Shown: positions 63,864 to 64,000 of the stretch, piece by piece
Numbering within the stretch: the first letter of the stretch is position 1
Layout: each line of letters begins with the position of its first letter
Assembly: GCA_051294905.1 (NCBI GenBank)
Contig: CM119371.1
Coordinates: forward strand, 26,166,001-26,230,000
DNA from: Botryllus schlosseri
Lineage: Eukaryota
Direction: 5' to 3'
DNA length: 64,000 nucleotides
Made by a program: the position numbers and the translations under genes
Notes under the pieces: model-generated
Database searches by the model: none
The model's input: only the letters and a program-made list of their open reading frames with translations
What the model was told of the DNA's origin: nothing

Positions 63864-64000
63864 TTTTGAAGTCTTAATAGAAGAACGTGGATAGGGGTTT
63901 AAAGAGAGTTAAAAATGTACCATGCTTAAAATTGTTTCCAATCATGGCGGCAAACATATATATTTTTAATTAACCGTCAATTTCTCATTACCTAATATCA

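Overview
This is eukaryotic, AT-rich animal genomic DNA. The repeat families suggest a marine invertebrate, possibly an ascidian, but that is inference. Most of the window is non-autonomous DNA transposons (MITEs), mainly hAT-type with 8-bp target-site duplications (TSDs) and often nested 2-3 deep, plus tRNA-derived SINEs, 5'-truncated L2/CR1-group LINE ends, long foldback palindromes and a ~165-bp satellite. Nearly all short ORFs in the track are spurious. Credible protein-coding sequence is limited to three things. (1) A single-exon tandem C2H2 zinc-finger gene (14763-15998) whose array continues past two hAT insertions and then decays. (2) A disabled SAMD3-like gene (20914-24710). (3) One or two minus-strand exons ending in a C3HC4 RING finger (36985-38093). 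There are also transposase and retroelement remnants. The most interesting patterns are these. The zinc-finger array has been edited by transposons, with two insertions at the same finger boundary and an in-frame TACATGTA Tc1-like footprint. The satellite has been hit repeatedly at the same two octamers. A SINE and a LINE share a 3' motif and tail. A Merlin-like foldback is filled with head-to-head telomere-like repeats. No rRNA, true tRNA or CRISPR array is supported.
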